Assembly: GCF_018977255.1 (NCBI RefSeq) | Contig: NW_024704749.1 | Coordinates: forward strand, 11,036,001-11,100,000 | Reading direction: 5' to 3' | DNA: 64,000 nt | From: Callorhinchus milii | Taxonomy: Eukaryota | Part shown: positions 57,201 to 64,000 of the stretch, in pieces | How the letters are laid out: each line of letters begins with the position of its first letter | Position numbering within the stretch: the stretch's first letter is position 1 | Notes under the pieces: model-generated | The model's input: only the letters and a program-made list of their open reading frames with translations | Told to the model about the DNA's origin: nothing | The model's database searches: none | Translations under genes and position numbers: made by a program

Positions 57201-60200
57201 CCACTGTAGTGACTGTGGGGTTTTGTCAGGGGAAAAGCCATTTTGGGCAGCCAATTGCACACAGCAGCGTCCCACAAACAGTTGTGGATTGAGTGACCGC
57301 ATTTTTTCTCTTTGGAGGGATTATTACCCCCACCCCCCCCGGGAAAGTGATCCACCAATCGAATAACAACCAGGTTCCCACTTACCGCTGGTAAACAGAG
57401 GCGTGTGTGTGTGTGTGTGTGCGTGTGGAATAAGGAAACTTGCTTAAGGTTTTGCCCCGCCTGGGAATCGAACCCGGGTCCTCTTGCTTGCGGGGCGAGC
57501 GTCCTACCCACCGCACTACAGGACTGCTTTGTCTTTCAGACCATGTTACTGGAACGCGTTCGTGTCGCTCAGCATCCAGAAGGCGAGGGCACATTTGACA
57601 TCTTCTCCCAGATGTTGGCAGGATTAGACCTTTCATTAAGGTACGACAACAACAACAACAACAACTCACATTTATATAACGCCCTCACGTAAGATCCCAG
57701 GCCGGGATTTGAACCCACAACCTTCTGACTCGGAGGCGGGATTGCTTCCACTGAGCCAGGCTGATCCCTAAATAGCGATCGGGGTGTAGTTCTACAGGAA
57801 CAAGGGCTTAGCCTAACGTCTGAGGACGTGTGTGTCCTCTGAGTATCGATGCTGAATGGCTGGGGATATGCTTACCCTTTGGGGACAATTCCTCGAATAC
57901 CTCGTCTCAAACGTAAAGCTTCTGATTTTTCTTCCGAGCAGTTGGAGTCAGTAAATTGACGATAATCCTCGCATTTGATACAGCGCCTTATCACGTCTCT
58001 AAAGCGCTCCACAGAATAATTGCCCGTCGCTTTTCGCCCTAGAAACACACAGACTTTACAGTGTATATCCCGTGAAGCGCTTTGAGACGCCTCGAAGCGC
58101 TGATAAGGCGCTGTATCAAAGGCGAGGATTATTATTACGGGAATCGGAGACCAAACACAGAGGGTCTGTGGTGGTTTTCTGAGAGTCACTCGCTGACTGT
58201 GACACGTTTCTGCTCTGTGCTTTGAACAGGACTGAGCTGCATCTCCACCAGTTGGCGCAGACCCACATGTTCGGGATTCTACCGGCCACAAAGGTAAGGA
58301 GGATCGTATTTCTCCGGACCCTGCAGTGAAACGTCAGCCCAGGGCTCCCGGAGGAGACGTCCCAAAGAGGGAACTTCATGAGAGGTTAGGAACGTAAAGA
58401 ATTTGCTGTGAAGCACCTGACTCTCGGGCCTTGAGTGTTCTGCGTGTGTCTCTCTCTGTCTCAGGTGGAGGAGAAGCAGAGGGCTTCGCTGGGGTTCAGC
58501 AGGGTCCAGGCAGCGCTGGAGACACTGGGAGTCACGGCAGATGAGCAAAGGGCCATTTGGCACGTGCTGGCATCCATTTACCATCTGGGAGCAGCCGGTG
58601 TTTGCAAAGGTAACAGAGGCTGTGGTCTGGGAAGCCCCAGGTCGGGGTCTCTGAGCTCACGCAGTGAGCCTCACTCCCCTTCAAACCTCACTCCCCGTCT
58701 GTGCCCTGTTCAGGTGGATGTTAAAGATCCCACCGCGCTCTTGGGAAAAGAGAAGGGAGTTTCTTTCTCTCTCTCTCTCTCTCTCTCTCGCTTTCTCTCG
58801 TTCCCGGTGTCCTGGCCCACAATCCCTGCCCACACCCCCACCCCCAGATAATATTGCTTTACGGTCTGCATTGAGGAGAGACAGATTGAGAGCGTATTCT
58901 ATGTGCGATGCCCGGCTGATCCAGATTAACGTCTCAGTTGGAATGTTTGCACACACTTTTCCTGAGCCAAGATAGTCGTAAAGGCTTTGAATGTGTGGCT
59001 TCCTCTCAACCAGCCAGCTCGGAAATAATGGTGACCATCCGTGGAGTCCTGTAGCTCGGTAGTTAGAGCGCTCGCCTCGCAAGCGAAAGGACCCGGGTTC
59101 GATTCCCGGGTCAGGGTGAAACGTTGGGCAAGTTTCCTTACTCCACACACACACCTCTGTTTACCCAGCGATACGTAGGTTGTTAGCAATTTGGCGGATT
59201 GCTTTTTCGGGGGGTAATAATCCCTCCGAAAAAAAATATAATAATTTGGTCATTCAATCCACGGCTGTTTGTGGGGACGCTGCTGTGCGCATTTGGCTGC
59301 CGCGTTTCGCCCACAAAATATACAGTCAATTAATTCACTTTACAGAATATGCTGCGAAGCGCTTTGAGACGTCTCGAAGACATGATAAGGCGCTGTATCA
59401 AATGCGAGGATCATTATTATTGTTATATATTCCTTCCACCACTTCTCTCTGTTGGTTCTCTCCACCCAAGCCTCGTATCATGAGGCAAAAGAGCAATGTA
59501 CTTTGGCAGCTGCAGGATTTCGGAGCCTGCTGGTTTGCATTAAACACTGATTAGAATGCAGACACTAACTAAAAACCCTCCATCTCAGATGCTGTGGTTT
59601 CTCAAACTCCCAATTAATCACCAGCATTTTCAGTCCTGTTAACCCGAGGCGGCATCAGACTGGCTCAATCAGTCACCCGTCACTGGGGGCAAGTGGACAT
59701 TCCGCTCAGCTCCTGATATCCTTGCAAGCTAAAGCCCTAACGGGAGGGTGGTCCCAGCTGGACGAGTAGTGGGAAAGCTTGCCATACAGCGCTCTCAATG
59801 GCTAAGCTGTGCGATTTTAGCTGGTTAGACTCCAGCAGTCGCCCCAACTCACACTCTGGTCTCCCCTCCACACCCACCACCAAGCCTTGGATCTCGCCAA
59901 CCTGCGCCTAATACTTTGTGGAATTAACTAAGCAGGATGTGTCCCTCCAGGGAGAGAGAGAGAGAGAGAGAGAGCGCATTCCATTCCAAGAATCTATCCC
60001 TGGGATTTCTATGTGTTGGCGGGAGGCCTGGAGTTCTCAGCTGGTGATTGGTTTTGTGATCTTATGATTGAATTATTGAGCTTGTGATTGATTTTGATCT
60101 CTCTCTCTCTCGCTCTCTCTCTCCGATCTTCACGTATCTCCCAAAATAGTGGGCAGGAAGCAGTTTATGATGTTCGAGTGGGCTCAGAAGGCGGCGAGCA

Positions 60201-62801
60201 ACCTGGGGTACGAGCTGGAGGAACTCTCGACAGCCGTCTTCAAACACCACCTCAAGGCTCTGATCCAGCAAGTCACGGCCGGGGCGACGAGGCTGAGGGC
60301 GGAGGAGATGGAGGAGACCGGCACAGGTAACCTCGCCGAGGGTTCCTCATCCACACCCATCTTGTTGTGGGATACACACAGTCACTCCACTTTACAGTAC
60401 GCCCTGTGAAGCGCTTTGAGATGCCTCGACGATGTGATGAGGTGCCGTATTAAATGCAAGGATTATTATTATTATAGAGGATACGAACAACGCCTAGCTA
60501 GTCTCACTGTCAAATAAAATAAATTGCTCTCATTGCCAGTTTGGGAGAAGTTCAGTCTCAGTCTCCACCAATAATTATATATAAATAGCTCGTTCAACTG
60601 TTGAACAAAAACAAGATAATCAAGCGCAAAGGTAATTATCTCAAATGACACGACAATTTAATATTCCGAACCACTGGGTTTCTCTGCTCGTGCCTTTGAA
60701 ACAGAAAGGAGACAACAGCAACTTGCATTTATGTAGCGTCCCTCACACGGGGTAGGCTCTAATTGCGCTTGAGAAGGTTGAGGGCTGATCAGGTTGAGGT
60801 GTTTAAAATGGTAAAGGGATTCGGTACAGTGGTAGCTGCAGAGAAACTATTTCCTCTGGTGGGTGGGGGAATCCAGAACAAGGGGGGGCATCATCTTAAA
60901 ATTAGAGCCAGGCCAATTAGGAGTGAAATCAGGAGGGAGTTTTTCACACACACACACACACACACACAAAGGCTGGTGGAAATCTGGAACTCTCTCCCCG
61001 CACCCCCAAAAGGCTGTGGATTATGGCTGGATCCATTCACATTTTCAACGCTGAGGTGGATAAATGTTTGTTAGGTTCGGGGATCGAGGGATATGGGGCA
61101 AAGGTGTTGAGGTACAAATCAGCCATGATCTTATAGAATGGAGTAACAGGCTTGAGTGGCCTCCTCCTGTTCCTATATAGGAAGCTGTGAGGATTGCAGT
61201 GCACATCCCCAACCAGAAGAGGAAGCAGAGACTGCTAACAGTTACGTAGATGTACAGATGATCATCAGAAATCTCCAGAGCAGAACAAAAACCATTCTGT
61301 CCATTGAGTCCGTACTGGCTCACACGCGTCCCTCCAATCTCACCGCCCAAACTGATCCCCACAAGGAGGCCTGTAGCTCAGTGGTTAGAGCGCTCGCTTG
61401 GCTAGTGAGAGGACCTGGGTTCGATTCCCGGGCATAGGGCAAGTTTTCTCACTCCACAAACACGCCTCTGTTTACCCTGCAGTAAGTAGGAACCCAGTCG
61501 AATGGTGGATCGCTTTCCGGGGTTAATAATCCCTCCAAAAAAAAAGCACTTTGAGATGTCTCGAAGATGTGATAAGGCGCTACATCATGGATCATTATTA
61601 TTGTTATATTAAGGATGATTATTATTGTGTAACCCTCGGCTTTCTGCCTGGTCCAGGCCTGCGACTGACCGGTTCGGAGTGTGTAGAAGGGATGGCAGCC
61701 GGACTCTATGAGGAACTCTTTGCTGCTATCGTCTCGCTCATCAACAGGTAAATGGTTTTCGTGTCCGCGTTTCACACCCCATTCACCGCCAGATAACTGG
61801 CCCGCCAATTTGGGGCCTTTTAGCCCCGTGGCGTGGTGGTTAGAGCGAGAGGACCTGGGTTCGATTCCCGGACAGGGCGAAACCTTGAGCAAGTTTCCTC
61901 ACTCCACACGGAACCTGGAATGTTAGTGATTGTCTGACAAGTCAGCAGACAAGTGGACAGGGTTCACTCCATGTAAAATAGAAATAATAACCCTTGCATT
62001 TGATGCAGCGTCTTATCAGGTCGTCGAGGCGTCTCAATTGACTGACAACTGGGTTCCTACTCGCTGCTAGGCAAACGGAGGGTTGCGCGGGGAGTCAGGA
62101 AACTTGCCTAAGGTTTCTCCACGAACCGCCCGGGAATCGAACCCGGGTCCTCTCGGTCGCGAGGTGAGGGCGGTCACCACCGAGCTACAAGAACGGCACA
62201 TTTAAAAGGAGCCGGGACTCTGCTGGTAAGAGGAGGAGTCCGGATGAATGGAACGACGCTGATTTCTGTCTTGATGGTCCCTCAGGTCAGTGTCCTCCAC
62301 CCAGGTGTCGCTGACGTCAATTATGGTGGTGGACACACCCGGCTTCCACAACCCGCGACATCAGAATACGGAACGAGCGGCGACGTTTGAGGAGCTTTGC
62401 CACAATTACGTGCACGAGAGGTTACAGCTGCTCTTCCACGAGAGGACTTTCGGCTCGGAGCTGGAACGATACAAAGAGGTAACATCAAACCCCGGGAAGG
62501 GGTTAGACAAGCCGCGCACAATCGGTTTGGCCCACAAAATGCACGGTCACTCCCACTTCACAGCGTACCCTGTGAAGCGCTTTGAGACGTGATGAGGCGC
62601 TACATCAAATGCAAGGCTTACTTATTGCTGTTATAATTTATGACCCCCCGCGTTATTTGCGTCGCTTTTTTAATCGAGCAGCGACTTGGTCACATTTACT
62701 GCTTGATCTTTCCGACACAGGAGAAGATCGTGGTGAGCTTTGACCCTCCAGAGACCTCTCCAGCGTCCACGGTGTCCGTCATAGATCAAACCTCATCTCA
62801 G
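51240..62801 (+). CDS. MYO18B: Unconventional myosin-XVIIIb, 5' portion (N-terminal extension and most of the motor domain); continues beyond the window
   Basis: Exons 51240-51278 ([13 protein letters not shown]), 52647-52799 (IKEEERPPP...[14 protein letters not shown]), 53982-~54491 (abuts gap), 54875-54941 ([18 protein letters not shown]), 55288-55400, 55984-56160, 56503-56701 (P-loop GQSGAGKT), 56991-57133, 57540-57640, 58230-58293, 58465-58609, 60150-60326, 61657-61747, 62286-62478 ([11 protein letters not shown]...FEELCHNY), 62721-62801. Phases are consistent. The N-terminus matches MYO18B and there is no PDZ domain, which MYO18A-alpha has. Confidence 0.93.
52935..53405 (-). repeat. Unclassified interspersed repeat family (~450 bp)
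   Basis: Shares the block GCTGG.CAGACTCCAGCAGTTACCCC...AACCTGCGCC...GAGAGAGCACATTCCATTCC...GGGATTTCC with 12975-13290 (+), 38425-38800 (+), 59640-60050 (+); partial copies at 19714-19835 and 54672-54750. Confidence 0.7.
55530..55955 (+). mobile_element. L2 LINE 3' fragment
   Basis: Reads [26 protein letters not shown]... (L2 ORF2 C-terminus) and ends in TAAATGCAAG(TTG)n. Similar pieces at about 25160-25375, 39690-40060, 51965-52120, 63085-63400, 63830-64000. Confidence 0.75.
59041..59425 (+). mobile_element. tRNA-derived SINE, full length
   Basis: Head GTGGAGTCCTGTAGCTCGGTAGTTAGAGCGCTCGCCTCGCAAGCGAAAGGACCCGGGTTCGATTCCCGG (tRNA-like, A and B boxes); L2-like tail. Confidence 0.9.
60760..61180 (+). 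mobile_element. CR1 LINE 3' fragment
   Basis: [18 protein letters not shown]...TRGG...RREFF...VEIWNSLP is a frameshifted CR1 ORF2 C-terminus followed by the CR1 3' UTR. Similar fragments at about 37440-37680, 47880-48145, 52305-52616. Confidence 0.8.
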
Positions 62802-64000
62802 GTAAGACACGCAGGAGACGGATCGGAATCACTGAGGGGTTTCACGAAGAGGGTTTGGAATCGAGAAGCCCTCTAAACCCCGGCCCCCCCCCCCTCCACT
62901 GTCACTCTCTGCTCTACAACAACAGCAACTGCTTACATTTATATATAACAACAGAGCTTGACAGTAGCGCAAAATACTGCAGGTGCTGGAAATCTGAAAG
63001 AAAGGCAGAAGTCGTTGGGAACATTCAGCAAGTGAGGCAGCATCTATGGAGAGATCTATGGATGCTGCCTGACCCGCTGAGTGTTCCCAGAGACTTATGT
63101 TTTTGTTAACCTTAGCGGAGCCTTATGCCGAGCTGTGGAGAGGGAGGGGAGGGAGGGGGGGGTGGAGGGAGGAGGTGACCGTAAACACGATCGAAGAGGA
63201 AAAGGTCTTCAGTCGTGATCTAATAGAGGGGACGGAGGGGGAGAGTGGAGGCAGTGGGTGGTGGGTTGGGGTAAAAGCAGATCGGTGAGGTAGGGAGGGA
63301 GGGATATGAAGGGATTTGTAGACGAGTGAGAGGACCTTGACATCGATCCGTTCGGTGATAGGGAGCCGGTGGAGCCAGGCGAGGCCTGAAGTTGACGGGG
63401 GAAACAGAGGCAGAACAAATGTATAGCACTGAAAGGGTTTAAGCCTTTCAGGGTTAGAACTTTACCTGACAGTTGGATTCTCCCTGCCTCTCCCTTTTCC
63501 CCCCTCTCCTCTCATGCCTGGCGACACAAGGTTACATGAAGCATTCAGAATGCAATCAGACAGCCTCCTGCAGGGCTAACAGACATCTCCACTGCCTAAC
63601 GTTTCCTGAATGGAGACCTGAATAGCGGGCGAGCTGACTGCACAGTGTACAGATGGATTTGCCTGCGTGACACACAGTTACTACACTTTGCTTCGCAGCA
63701 ACGATCCCATGAAGCGCTTTGAGGCGTCTCTGGGATGTGGTAGGGAATTGAGTCAGATGCAAGAATTATTATATTATTGATATCAGAATAGTAAGGCGGG
63801 GGAGAAGGGTGGGGGGGGGGGCGGAAGCAACAACAACTTGCATTTACACAACTTGGGGAGCGCTTAACAGTGGCGGAGTCTGACTCCGAGCCGGGGGAGG
63901 AAGGAGGAGGTGATCGTAAGCACGGTCGAAGAGGAAGGTGATCCAAAAGAGGGGAAGGAGGGCGCGAGGCAGAGGGATCGGGGGAGAGAGTTCCAAAGCT

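Noticed and set aside
59041-59115. tRNA-like sequences with A and B boxes (many copies)
   Set aside because: Each continues into the SINE body and (ATT)n tail; these are SINE heads, not tRNA genes.
63480-63600. Possible next MYO18B exon after a pyrimidine tract (AAG|GTTACATGA)
   Set aside because: Immediate in-frame stop and no similarity to the expected ..GLFWxLDEE.. exon, which probably lies beyond the window.
1-64000. CRISPR arrays, operons or other prokaryotic systems
   Set aside because: The DNA is clearly vertebrate (spliceosomal introns, SINEs and LINEs) and has no regular repeat-spacer array.

Overview
Vertebrate genomic DNA with six assembly gaps and very dense tRNA-derived SINEs plus L2, CR1, Deu-SINE and Penelope fragments. 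The repeat content suggests a cartilaginous fish, probably Callorhinchus milii (inference). Five spliced protein-coding genes were reconstructed by hand: KCTD10 (-, complete, 311 aa), a DHRS13-like short-chain dehydrogenase (+, start codon not visible), CRYBA4 (-, 196 aa) head-to-head with CRYBB1 (+, 236 aa), and the 5' part of MYO18B (+). The main finding is in the apparently empty 10.6-28.5 kb interval. It carries strongly strand-biased clusters of (T)ACTAAY on the minus strand (about 10 perfect TACTAAC and about 29 ACTAAY in about 8 kb, counted by eye), candidate non-coding exons with good splice sites, and a candidate poly(A) signal. It lies downstream of CRYBA4 on the same strand, which matches the position and motif signature of the nuclear lncRNA MIAT/Gomafu. 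Other findings: a probable DHRS13 ohnolog absent from mammals with an in-frame (Gly-Ala-Leu)n repeat, a GA-type donor at the MYO18B start exon, a ~600-bp-arm inverted duplication, and a Penelope hammerhead remnant.
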